From contig NC_043006.1 of assembly GCF_006345805.1 (NCBI RefSeq), forward strand, positions 43,400,001 to 43,464,000: 64,000 bases of DNA, in the 5' to 3' direction. Every line of letters begins with the position of its first letter. The first letter of the stretch is position 1. The stretch is from Octopus sinensis (Eukaryota). Position numbers and translations under genes: made by a program. This document shows positions 11,841-24,425 of this stretch, in pieces. Below the pieces are notes generated by a model. It did no database searches. It saw only the letters and a program-made list of their open reading frames with translations, and was not told the origin of the DNA.

Positions 11841-12122
11841 TATATATATATATATATCAGTGACGCCAGACTTGCACCCATGCCAGTGGCACATAAAAAG
11901 CACCATTCGATCGTGACTGATGCCAGTGCCACCTGACTGGCTCCTGTGCTGGTGTCACATAAAAAGCATCCACCACACTCTTGGAGTGGTTGGTGTTAGG
12001 AAGAGCATCCAGCTGTAGAAACCTTGCCAGTCCTAAGTCAAACTGTCCAATCCATGCCAGCATGGACAGCAGACATTAAACAATGATGATGATGATGATG
12101 ATGACATTAGAATTAAACCTGA

Positions 12123-12154
<32 letters not shown>

Positions 12155-13180
12155 GATAGGCTTGTTTCAGTTTTCATCTACCAAATCCACTCACAAGGCT
12201 TTGGTCTTTGGTTAGCCCAAGATCATAGTTGAAAACACTTGCCCAAGATGTTATGCAGTGGGACTGAACCTGGACCCATGTGGTTGAGAAGTAAGCTTCT
12301 TTACTTCATTAAATTGGCTATGAAAGCTGTACACAGATAGAGAAGCTCCGGGCTGGACAAAGACATTAATGAGATGAGATGAATGATGAATAGGATGGTA
12401 TTAATGGGAGAAGGCAAAAGATGCCTGCCAATCTTTGCTTCTCTAAAACATTGTTCTTTTGTGAACTTACAATTTGAGGCAATAAACCTCTTACCAATAT
12501 TTCTTTTGGACTGAAAGTCCTTACAATGAGCTTCTTATCACACAACCACGCCTGCACTTCCACACAGCCACTCCTGTGCCTTTGTGGAATTTGTTCCAAT
12601 TCTCTTCCTTCTGATTTCAAATCCTACCAAGGTCAGCTTTGTATTCTATTCTTTCAGGATCAACAAAATAAAGTATCAGTCCATATTGCTTCAATTATAT
12701 GCTCCTCACTTACCTTCATTAATCCATTGAGAAATCTATATGTTCTGCATTGTACCTATCACATTCTTTATCTCTAAGGTGGTCTTAGCTGCTGTGGTGT
12801 ATACGGTAGATTTCAAATAAAGACACCTACCTTCTCTTCATCGATGCAGGCATCTCCAGCGGTAATGCACCCTTCCATGTGGCCCGACCCGAACGCTAAT
12901 AATAATAGCTGCTTTTCCCTTACCTTGACAAAGCGCTCAAACATCCAGCTCTGTTGGCTACCCTGATCAAAAAAGCCCAATGCTCCCCTGCCTGCATACA
13001 TGTCACTCCTGCCCCTTCCTCTTCCGGTCAGCCCCAAGTTCCGGTCAGCACCCCAGCTACTGACGTCATCCCACAGGTGCCTCGGAAGCTTTTCTCAGGT
13101 TTTTCTATGCTAATGTCTGGGCATCAACAATGAGATTTGCCAAATGCAGTAGCATCATGTGGAAGTAAGCTTCTTATACT

Positions 13181-13401
13181 TTAACCCTTTACCATTCAGA
13201 TTACTCTGTCAAACGTAATGCCTGTTCGTTCATATTGTATTGAGTTAATCATGCATTATCTTATAAGATTTCAATGATGAGATTATTTATTGAAGAATGA
13301 CATTGTGGGATATTTGTGAGACATCAGATCTGGTCAGTTTGAACATAAAACAGGTAGAATATTTTGGCTGGATATGGTCAGTTTAAATTCTAAAGGATTA
13401 A
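13181..13401. mobile_element. piggyBac-type MITE (TTAA-CCC ends)
   Basis: TTAACCCTTT...AAAGGATTAA; homologous to 27900-28128 and 53878-54277. Confidence 0.65.
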
Positions 13402-14545
13402 CCGTGTCGTGCCATGTTCCTACTATACTGGAAATAGTTTAAACAGCACCTCTGTCACATTATTATTTCTTTATTGCCCACAAGGAGCTAAACATAGAGG
13501 GTCAAACAAGGACAGACAAAGAGATTAAGTCGATTACATCAACCCCAGTCTTAATTTATCGACCCCGAAAGGATCAAAGGCAAAGTCAACCTCGGCGGAA
13601 TTTGAACTCAGAACGCAATGGCAGACGAAATACTGCGAAGCATTTCACCTGGCAAGCAAACATTTCTGCCAGCTCACCGCCTTCACATTCTTTCACATTC
13701 TTGATAAACAGGTAATGAACTGTACACATAGAAAAAGAAGATAGAATACTAAAATTAAACAACTGATGGTTTGTAGTCAAGTTTGTTTGTGACACATTGT
13801 TAATGGTGTCCTCCATAGATGTTGATTACTTTTGTTTTTAATAGCAAAAATAAAAAACGAAAATGAAATGGTGTTAGGAAGGGTATCCAGCTGTAGAAAC
13901 TGCCAGATCAAGATTGGATCCTGGTGCAGCCATCTTGTTCGCCAGTCCTTAGTCAAATAGTCCAACCCATGCTAGCATGGAAAACGGACGTTAAACAGTG
14001 ATGATGATGATGATGATGAAACAAAAATGTGACGAACCCAGCATTTTGTCTTGTAAATGCATAAAGCCTAGACTCTTTGCAGTTGAGGAAATTATTGAGG
14101 ATATTTAATCTTTGGACAAAGAGTTTATACTTACACAAGCAATGAGTTTTTCAAACTAGTGAAAGTGATAAAGAAAATAGCAATTCAGGTGAACAGGTAT
14201 GGCAGTTAAGAGACCAGCCTATTATTGTAATTCTCTTGAATATTTTTACGATTCTGTTTATTAGTTTGTCTAACAAATATGGTAGTTGAGAGAAAGGCCA
14301 ATTATTGTTATTCTCCTGAATTTTCTTGTGATTCTGTCCATTAGTTTGCCAGAAATTGTTACTCTTGTGCAACTATATATATTTTTTCTCAGGAGCCCTG
14401 GTGGAGGGTAAAGTTAAAGACAGGTCTGAGAGGGTTAAACACCTCCATCATATATGTGCTTCATTAAATACATGACCATGTTCAAGTTCTGTCTTTTTTA
14501 TTTTATATTTTCACTATTTTCTTATTAGATTTTTTAAAAGTTGGT

Positions 14546-14745
14546 TTGGAAGAGCAGAGTTCCTAAATCCATATCTGACATTTCTAAATCGCAGTCTCAT
14601 TAACAAGAATTGAATTGAATATATTTGGTCCTTGTGCTGTTTCATATACACTGATTGAATGCATGTAGATTTCAATTCAGTTCTTGATAGCAAGACTAGG
14701 AAGGTCTAAATGTCAGATATGGATTTAAGAGCTCTACTGTTCCAA
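14546..14745. mobile_element. Hairpin-type MITE or inverted repeat
   Basis: AGAGTTCCTAAATCCATATCTGACATTT versus AAATGTCAGATATGGATTTAAGAGCTCT. Confidence 0.55.
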
Positions 14746-15439
14746 AGAAACAGTAAAAAAATTAATAAGAAGTTATGGAAGATATAAAATAAAAAAGATA
14801 TAGCTTACACTAGTCTTTACTGCTAGTTCCTTAACTAGCTGAACTAGTTCCTTAACTATAAATCCTTATTCAACATTTTTGCTCATGAGTACAGGGAGTG
14901 TAAATCTCTATTGAAGTGTTTAGAATGATCTCTTGAAGAAGGGAATTCTTCAGGATTATCCATTTCTTCTTTAAACAGAGCCTGCACCTACTGCTGCTGT
15001 TAGCATACAGCTTGCATTCTTCCAGCAATCTTAATTTATAGTCTCAAATCTAGCACAGAGACAGGCTGCTCATACAGAGGCAATAACACATGCCCACTTA
15101 ACAGGCAATGTAACACAGAAGCTGTTGTGTATGCAGTACAGGTTGTGTCTTAGGATCCTAATGGCACAATGCAAACGCAGAGATATGTCAAGCAATAGAA
15201 TGCCTCTTTAAGAGCCAAGTGAACAACCACAGGTCCTCCTTTAAGATCTAGGTACGGTAAAATATTCCAGTGCCATCCAGGCTATATGGTCGTTGAAGGA
15301 AAAAACTGCATCATATGAAGTCAATTGGAGAAAAATATAGGCCACGTTTTAACAGCAACAGTTGGTGCACACTCAGCTTAGTGAAGAAGAATTACTTTCA
15401 CCCAGATTTTTCTTAATTCCAAAATAGCCTTTTCTTCCT

Positions 15440-15440
15440 G

Positions 15441-15479
<39 letters not shown>

Positions 15480-15790
15480 ACACATGCACACACACACACA
15501 CGCATACATACACACATACATACACACATACATACACACATACATACACACACATGCACACACACAAATACACATACACACATGCACACACACATACACA
15601 CACATACACTCACACACACATACATATACCTACACATATACACACACATACACACACACACACATATACACGCACATACACATAACATGCACATGCATAC
15701 ACATGCACACACACACATGCACGTGCAAATACACACGTACATACACAACGTATATGTGCATATAAATACACACATGTATATGCATATATG
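15440..15790. repeat. Degenerate (CA)/(CATA) microsatellite
   Basis: Direct reading. Confidence 0.9.
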
Positions 15791-16074
15791 AATGCACATG
15801 GGAAAAGGGTATTCTTAATTGCAGTTTGCTGTGTTTTTGTACTCTCTAGCCAACATGTTTATATTTTGCTTATTGCTAGTCTAATGCCTCCAGACATTTA
15901 AAGAGTGGAACTTATGCTGTATTTGCATTTCTTACTATAAAAGTTGATGTGTTGCTACATTTTGCATCCATTTTCACTTTTCTTTTCAGAGTAAATCAAA
16001 TACAACTGCATGAAACCACAAATAAATGACAGACTTTCTGTTACAAAGTTCAGATTTTCGCATACATCTGCATC

Positions 16075-16898
16075 CAGAGCTGTATTAACCATTAAGCAAA
16101 ATAAGCTTAGGGGATCATGGGAAGGAGGGAGCACTACAGAAATGGTAAATGGCGCACAGCACAAAAGAAATCACTTTCAATTTACTAAAATGATATTTGA
16201 AGTGGTTTTTATTCTTTTACTTGTTTCAGTCATTAGACTGTGGCCATGCTGGAGCACTGCCTTTGGTCGAGCAAATCGACCCTGGGACTTATTCTTTGTA
16301 AGCCCAGTACTTATTCTATCGGTCTCTTTTGCCGAACGGCTAAGTGACGGGGCGTAAACACACCAGCATCAGTTGTCAAGCAATGCTAGGGGGACAAACA
16401 CAGACATACACAAGGCATTGGTCGGCCCGGGGCTATAGCAGAAGACACTTGCCCAAGTTGCCATGCAGTGGGACTGAACCCGGAACCATGTGGTTGGTTA
16501 GCAAGCTACTTACCACACAGCCACTCCTGCGCCTATGCACACAGCCACTCTTGAGCTGCATGTGCAACTATATATTATTTTCTCAGGAGCCCAGGTGGAG
16601 GGTAAAGTTAAACAAAGGTCTGAGAGGGTTAAACACCTCCATCATATATGTTTCATTAAATGCACCGCCATGTTTAAGTTCTATCTTTTTTATTTTATAT
16701 TTTCAATATTTTCTTATAAAAGTAGGAGAAAACTTTTCAAATATAAATAAATTGTAGGTATATAAAAATGATCATTTCATTTTGAAAAATATAAATTTAT
16801 ATCATGGTTTATTATTGTTTATATTTTGAATTATGTATATATAGAGGCACCAAAATCTTTAAGTGCTCAGGGCTTCTATGAGTCTGAATCTGGCCCTG
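16075..16898. mobile_element. MITE with nested SINE A (16205-16535, minus) and an inserted local duplicate
   Basis: Ends and internal ACAGAAATGGTAAATGG..CAGCACAAAAGAAATCA match 51996-52420, which has CAGCGCTGGATTAA / TTAATCCAGCCCTG TIRs. Confidence 0.6.
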
Positions 16899-17367
16899 TC
16901 TGCAACAATGAAATACCATGATTTCCATAGTTACATCATTCATAATGGCATGTGAAAGGTATAGTACATATGACAGCAGTCATGATTCTCAGTTCCCTGT
17001 GTAACCAAGTCCTTCATTGAAATGCTATGTGTCTAGGAAGTGATGTACCACATCCAAGGGTGAATAGGTGGGGAAGACCTTCATTGGCCAGGCCATATCA
17101 GATGTTAAAGTTGACATGTCAGCAACATCAGTTACTTTAATTTATGCTACGTGGAAGAACGGACAGTCTTGTGGTGCCAGCTAGTCTGCCACAAGTTGCA
17201 GAAGTTAACAAGCTGCTTGCTCAGGGTAAGATTATTCCACCTCTGTCAACCACCTGCACTGCCTGTCATTGTAAATACTCTGCAATCAAAAGAGCTGCAC
17301 AACATACCTGTAAGTAATCTAACGCAGCTAAATTGTTGAACGCTCAGGTTGGAACAGCAGCAGAAGT

Positions 17368-17768
17368 GGAGGTGCAATGGCCCAGTGGTTAGGGCAGCGG
17401 ACTCGCGGTCGGAGGATCACGGTTTCGATTCTCAGACCGGGCCTTATGTGTGTTTATTGAGCGAAAACACCAAAAGCTCCACGAGGCTCCGGCAGGGAGT
17501 GGTGGCGACCCCTGTTGTACTCTTTCACTCCAACTTTATCTTACTCTTTCTTCCTGTTTCTTGTCCCCGACTTCCTACGCAACCGCTGAGCCTGGATGCG
17601 CATTCATCCATCCGTCGATGCTCTCGGTGTCGGGGGTTGACCTGCTTTTTCTTCTGCAGGTCTTATGAATAGCAAAGGACCACGTTTCAGACTTCTCCCA
17701 CTACAGAGGCGCGTCTTGTGAGCTCTGGGATGAAGACCACTTCGCTCAACAGCAACAGCAGCAGCAGT
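17368..17768 (+). mobile_element. Young CpG-rich tRNA-derived SINE (single copy in the window)
   Basis: A box TGGCCCAGTGG, B box GTTTCGATTC, retained CpGs, (CAG/CAA)n tail. Confidence 0.7.
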
Positions 17769-18670
17769 CATAAATCTCTATTGTTATTGCTGTTCATTCC
17801 AACACTTGGAAAAACAAACAAGAACATGCCTTGTTGCTGACCACTTGCCTTGAATGCATGGCCTAAATTGACCAGAATAGGCCTCTAACTATTTTCATTA
17901 GAAGCCGTATTTTTTTCCTCTACATCCCTTTGATTTCAAGTCATCTGACAACTTGAATGTGCAAAGTTACATCTAGAAAGTTTAAGTAATGGAGCACTCA
18001 GTTGACATATTAATAAATATGTTTAACTTTCATAATATATTGAGTGATTTTCCATTCATTTATACACCTACCCATATTTGTATACACACGCATGCACACA
18101 CACTCACACATATTTGTGTGCATGTCTGTGGGAAAGTGTATGTATAGGTATATGTATATGTTTATGTATACATTTGTATCTGTGTGTGTGTGGATATATA
18201 TATATATATAGGTGAGAGAGTTGGTATGTGAAAGCATGCGGTTGGATGTATAAAAAAAGAAAAATGAAAAATATAAATATATATATATATAAACTATGTT
18301 ACTATACGCAAACATTTTATAACATTTTTCTAACATAACGACTTAAATATATTCTTTAACCATATAACACAAGCCTTCTGTAGTTTTTTCACTCTTTTTT
18401 GTTTTTTATACATCCAACTACGTGCTTTCACATACCAACTCTCTCACCTATATATACATATATATACTTATATATAAATTAGAGAAGAATCACCATGTAG
18501 CAATTCGACAATGATATACTTAAATCATACCAAATAGAAAAAAAATTAAAGATACGATAAAACATTTACCTAGAACTAAATAAATAGTATTACTAAATTG
18601 AATTTTGCCCTGTAAGTTTGGAATCATATTCCCTAATATTAATGTTATTATATATACTTATATATATATA

Positions 18671-18744
<74 letters not shown>

Positions 18745-18840
18745 TATATACATACACACACACACACACACATATTGTATGTAAAAAACATAAATCCAAA
18801 AGAATAAGCACACTCTAAGATGTAGAGCAGCATATGTTAA

Positions 18841-19130
18841 AAATGGGGAAGGCTGGTTTTTGAGGTTACCTTAGGTTTCCCATCCATAAACGGTTTAGCT
18901 TTATGGTGTATCGTCAGATCCCAAAAACCTGTTGGCCCATGACTTCTTAAGAATATGGAGGGGTGAATGCCTCACTACTCAAAGGATTATCTCCCTTTGT
19001 GATTGGCTATCGACTTCGGGATGTACTGCCATCTTGCAGGCTCCAAAAGCTAGCAGGTACCTCCTGAAATGTAAACATGGATCCTTCTGAGATTTTGCTC
19101 CCTCTTCAATAGTCACTGACAGAGTCAACA
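18841..19130 (-). mobile_element. Penelope-like element 3' end / pLTR (same family as 49552-50095)
   Basis: Minus strand PCLHFRRYLLAFWSLQDGSTSRSR* followed by a UTR colinear with 49830-50095. Confidence 0.75.
18855..18929 (-). ncRNA. Type I hammerhead ribozyme motif, family F2 (core intact)
   Basis: GGTTTTTGGGAT-CTGACGA-..CCATAAA/TTTATGG..-GAAAC-CTAAG-GTA-ACCTCAAAAACC; long stem I; GUA cleavage triplet. Confidence 0.7.
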
Positions 19131-19936
19131 ACTACTATTGAAGAGGTTGCAAGAAGCAACAAAAATTTTAGAAAGAATAAGTAACTAAATGAGTGGAAAT
19201 TGAACCAGTGAGTGTGTTAATTAATAAGGCATAAAACAGAATGACTCTCCCCAGACGCAATAAAATATGCTTCAACACACAAATTCACATAAAGAATCTT
19301 GCAAACCAAATACAAAAACGAAATATATATATATATACATCAAAATAAAAATCAAATGGAAATTGTAATTGTGACACCCATGCACATAAAAGTACCATCT
19401 CAACGTGGCCGATGCCAGTGCCACCTTGACTGGTTCTGTGCTGGTGGCACATAAAAAGCACTAACCGATCGTAGTTGTTGCCAGCCTCCTCTGGCCCCTG
19501 TGCCGGTAGCATGTAAAAAGCACCCTCTACATTCACTGAGTGGTTGGCGTTAGGAAGGGCATCCAGCTGTAGAAACACTGCCGGATCAGACTGGAGCCTG
19601 ATGCAGCCTCCTGGCTTCCCAGATCCCGGTCGAACCGTCCAACCCATACTAGCATGGAAAACGGACGTTAAACAATGAAGATGATGATGATGATGATACA
19701 TATTTGTGTACATATATGTGTGTATGCATGTGTGTGTGTGTATACACATATACATGACGTATACATATATAGAGAGAGGGAGACACACACACAGGGACAC
19801 AAGTGTGCACATACATGTATGTATGTGTATATTAATATACATTTACAACTTGAAGAGATTGATTTAGTAGAACATTGAAGACTGAGAAGATAACATCATA
19901 AAAGACAAGGTTAGTCAGTGTCACTGAATGCATCAT

Positions 19937-19999
<63 letters not shown>

Positions 20000-20559
20000 C
20001 TGCCTCTTTATCTCTTCTGGTCAATTATCAGGCAGCTAATTATTTATTACTGTTTAAGAACAAAAATTAAAAAGACCTTTTTTTTTTTTTACTTTTTCCA
20101 ATTAAAGAATACATTTAAGAAAAAAAAAACCTTTTCTCTCCAGAATGCAGGTGCATTAAAAACATTTCCCACAATGGAACCGGGTGATCTTGCTCATTTG
20201 TGATTTAAACTTCGATCTTGTTGATTAGTGATTAATCTTCAATCTTACACGAACCTCCTTCACTTTTTCTCCTTCACCTTTCCTACTCTCGACACTCTAT
20301 CTTGATTAAACTGTCTAGAAATGTTTAGCAAAACAACAAAGTCAAATGAGGAAGACCCCCCAAAAGGGTCACTTGGTTGCTTGAAATAGCTGACTAATTT
20401 TTCCTCAGATCATAATTTAACTACTTTTTTTAAAAAAGAAAGAACACATTGACTAATGCAGTATTATAGCTAGTACTTTCTGTGACATTCCCATTTTTAT
20501 TTTTATTCTGGACACAGTCTACCTAAGGCTACACCATCCAGTGTGTATTCTTGGAAACA

Positions 20560-21410
20560 CTACACCTGTGTAGTCATAGATGTGCCTGAATATACTAACA
20601 TGGCTCTCTTGTATGCCAGTTTGAACAGGATGTCCCTCAATGCCTTCAATTTTGCAGCTGTGACTCTGAAGTTTTTACTTCCTAGTACTCACAGTGGAAT
20701 TTATCTGGGGTGGGTTGAGCTGGTCCTGACTAACGAGTCCACCACATCTATCACAAATGCTAACCACATCTAACAGTTGGGCCTTACGTTCCAACAGACA
20801 AAGTAATGCTTCCACTTTCATCCTAAAAAATCTAGCTTGCAATTTTGACAAACGCTCCACTGGGAGAGCAAATGCATTGGACAGCACAGATGCCATAGCT
20901 GGAGTCATCATTTGTTGTTCAGGTTTCGAGTTCATGTTTGGGGTTTCAGTGGGAATACAAATTCATGTGTGCGCCCCCACCGCCCCAGTCACATGCAATA
21001 AAGTTTTTACATATAGCAAAGAAGAGATATGACACCTTTGACACCTTGAATGAAACAAGCATCCTGATTTGGAATAGTTCTGATTGATGCTTGTTTAGGC
21101 TGGCCATCAAACAGGTTCTGCTGTCCATTGAAGTAAACCAGCCTCTGAAAACAGTACCAAAATTGCCTACACTGAACACCACCACTAAGTATCTTATCAA
21201 AAGTTTTGTATTAGACCATGTGTATCTGAGACATACTGAAACCAAATTTATAAACCGTCCTCTCCATAGTATATCTCGTCAGGTGGAGATTGTCTGGAAT
21301 AAAACTCCTCGGGATCACAGAGGTCTGCTCTTTCTGGAATATTCAACAAACACCAACCAGTTTGCTACTATTGTAGCCAAAATCTCATCATTTGCATTTA
21401 ACAGATAAGA
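20560..21410 (+). mobile_element. Heavily decayed RTE-type APE endonuclease relic
   Basis: Across frameshifts: ALLYASLNR..NFAAV; IQIHVCAPTA..KEE-YDTFDTLNE..; resembles ALVARELNRYNIDIAAL and IQVYAPT..KEEFYDTL. Confidence 0.45.
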
Positions 21411-22595
21411 CCTCACCCAGTGTATGCATTCTTCTTAGTACTGTTACAACTCTCCAGTTGCCAAAACATGAATTCCTTTGTTCTGCTTTCAGTTGCAATA
21501 CACATCGAACAAAATGCCAGCAAACCTATATGGCATGTATACATAAGGTTCAGAGAGCAAACTATCAGTCGTATCACAGTTACAGTTTACAATTTTTCGC
21601 AGACACTTCCATATGCCTAACTCCTATTGATAAAAACCACACTACAACATCTATCAGCCAAAGCCTTCATTAGTTGGTCTTTTGAGAGCACACTGAACAT
21701 CCTTCTGGTTTTTGAGATACCACTTCTCTCCTTGTTTGTGTTTGAATAACTTCAAGCAAGTAGACACATGCTTTTGTAACACACTGCTGCCACATTTACT
21801 TTCCTGATTGTATTCAATTTATGTCCAAAAATTGCTTGTTTCCAATGATGTCAGTCAAACTGCATCCATTGCAACTAATCTTCTCATTCAGCAAAAAATG
21901 AATGTGCAAGTGTTGTTTTTTTGCTGCTGCTGTTGTTGTTGTTGTTGTTGTTGTTGCCATACTTGTCGATAGAAATGTTTTCACTAATGTTGCCATCAAC
22001 AGAAATGTCACTATTTCCTCGCCCCAAAATACATGTACTTTATTGCAGAATGTTTTTGTTCATTCCTTTTCTTTCATTTTTGCGGGGTTTTTAGGTTTTT
22101 TTTTTTTGTTATTTAATGTCTCTAAAGATATTTTCATTCTGGTTCAAAATGTTGGGAGCATTCTCATTTAAAGAAGCCAAATCGTTGACAAATGAAGACG
22201 ATCACTTTTTGTTTGTTTGTTTGTTTTTGTCTATTTTTTTTTTTGCAAGTTAAAAAATTCTTTTCCCCAAATGGAGGAAAACGATGCAAGCAGTAATTAA
22301 TTACCTTTCTAAGTAGAAATTCTGAAATAAATAAAATATTTTTCCACCTAATTTTTTCCTAGTAAATCCCCAGGTCTAATATATCTGATTGATACAAACA
22401 CAACAACAACTACAACAGCAATAATCCTTACTACGATAAGCACAAGGCCTAAAATTTGGTGGGAAGGGTTAGTCAATTACATGAAACCCAGCTGAAAGGA
22501 TGAAAGCTAAAGAAGACCTCAGTGGAACTTGAACTCGGAACATAAAGACAGATGAAATACCACTAAGCATTTTGTCCAGCATTCTAACAATGATG

Positions 22596-22935
22596 CTGTG
22601 CCTTGACCCCCTTCAATCATGAATGACCATGGTATTGCACCTAGAAAGTTACCCTCCCAGGCACAAGTCCGGGAAAGGTTGTTTATGGAAGACCAGCAGT
22701 CACCCATGCATACTAGCCTCCCCTCTTCCAGCCACTGATTTTATTCAAGGGAAAAACAAAGGCCGATACAGCTTGGCACCTGTGACATCGCAACTCATTT
22801 CTACAGCTGAGTGAACTGGAGCAACGTGAAATATAGTGTCTTGCTCAAGAACACAACATGCAGCCCGGTCTGGGATTCGATCTCACAACCTCATGATTGT
22901 AAGCTCGACACTCTAACTACTGAGCCATGTGCCTT
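22596..22935 (-). mobile_element. SINE family D (tRNA head + CCAGTTCACTCAGCTGTAGAAATGAGT core)
   Basis: Reverse complement of 52452-52790. Confidence 0.75.
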
Positions 22936-22972
22936 CACAATGATGATAACAATGATGCACCTAACAATGATG

Positions 22973-23010
<38 letters not shown>

Positions 23011-23014
<4 letters not shown>

Positions 23015-23545
23015 GCGGCAACTGATAAAAATATAAGAGAGTACCTGCAGGATGTGCGAAAAGTATTGGCTTCAAAGCTGAAAGCCAGAAACATAATTTT
23101 GGTAATAAACTCAAGTGCATTCAAAGTAGTTCAGTACGGTGCTGGAATCCTGAAGTGGACAAAGAAGGAGCTAAAGGAGATGGATAGGAGGTCAAGAAAG
23201 CTCCTAACGATCCACATGCAGACACTGATCGCCTATACATGAAGAGAGCAAGTGGAGGAAGAGGACTGATAAGTGTGGAAGACTGCATGTGTATCGAACT
23301 CGAGAACTTAATGAGATGCCTAGCCCAAGGTAAGGAAACTTTGCTAGGGACAGATAGGAATGAGGGGGTATTGAGAGCAGAGAAAAAGGAAAAAACAAAC
23401 AAAGTACAGAAAGGACATGAAGAAGAATTATGCAACAAGGGTCTACACAGTCAATTCCATGTAGTCACAACAGAAGTTGCTGGAAAAATAGGTGGGATTG
23501 GCTGATGAAAGGAACACTAAAAAAAGAGACCAAGAGCATTATACT
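23011..23545 (+). mobile_element. R4/Dong-clade RT fragment adjoining (AAT)n
   Basis: EYLQDVRKVLASKLKARN..YGAGILKWTKKELKEMDRRSRKLLT..DRLYMKRASGGRGLISVEDC..KGLHSQF..WLMKGTLKKET. Confidence 0.85.
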
Positions 23546-24109
23546 ACCAAGCTGTGGTGGTGGTGGTAGTGGTGGTCGCTCCTGTTGATTTTGATGTATG
23601 AGTGTTTGAAGGAGATGGATTTAGAAAAAATAAATAAACAAGAAACAAAACAGCTTTAAAAGATAAAAAAAAAACAAAAGAAGCTGCATCTACTTATGAT
23701 GGAGGCATGGTTCTTTATAGGCTTTAAGGGTGGATACACACAAATAATTGCATACAAATAAAGCATGTTGGGATGGACAAGACAGAATAATATAAAACAG
23801 AGTTGTGGGAAAGAACGTTATACAATGAACATATTAGATGTAAGCTTCAGTCAAGAAGGCCGAAAGAGTTGATTTCTTTCCAGTATTCAAAGACAAGATT
23901 ATTGGATTGTACAACAGCATATACTCTCTTCTCGTATTATATGGCCACCAATAGTGCTTTTGCTTGGATAAGCTTGTCTGTCTTCTTTTATTGCTTTTTG
24001 TGGATTGTTGCAGAGCTGGAGGTGTTGAGAAACATCCCACATGAGCTGGAGTCCAGGATAGATGGGTCTGCATATGCATATGAGGTCATATGAAGTATTG
24101 GAAATCAAT

Positions 24110-24425
24110 AGCTTAGTGGTTCAGTGTTTATCATGTTTAGCTCACTATCATAACGTCATGAATTTGTTACCCAGCAGTGCATTATGTCCTTAAGCAAGGC
24201 ACTTTATTTCATGTTGTTACAATCTAATCAACTGGCAAAAATGAGAAGTACCTGTATTTCAAAGGGGTCAGCCTTGTCACATTCTGTGTCATGCTGAATC
24301 TCCCTGGGAACTACATGAAAGGTACATGTGTCTGTGGAGTGCTCAGCTACTTATTAATTTCATGAGCTGGCTGTTCTTTTGATTGGATCAACTGGAACAT
24401 GCACCATTATGACAGAGTGCTAGTT
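24110..24425 (+). mobile_element. SINE family D-related copy (also at 25770-26085, 30225-30545 minus, 36055-36545, 61955-62170)
   Basis: Shared GCAAGRCACTTTATTTC..CAACTGGCARAAATGAG..TTTCAAAGGG..CCTTGTCACATTC..GAGAACTACAT. Confidence 0.7.

Noticed and set aside
12780-13170. GC-richer patch with a possible LINE endonuclease start (LRFFYANV)
   Set aside because: The similarity is too short and interrupted to call.
15970-16070. Strong plus-strand acceptor TTTTCACTTTTCTTTTCAG
   Set aside because: All three frames close within 13 codons and there is no donor; such signals are common by chance in AT-rich DNA.
20675-20935. Minus-strand ORF with CDRCGG suggesting a zinc finger
   Set aside because: Better explained as the antisense frame of a decayed RTE endonuclease on the plus strand.
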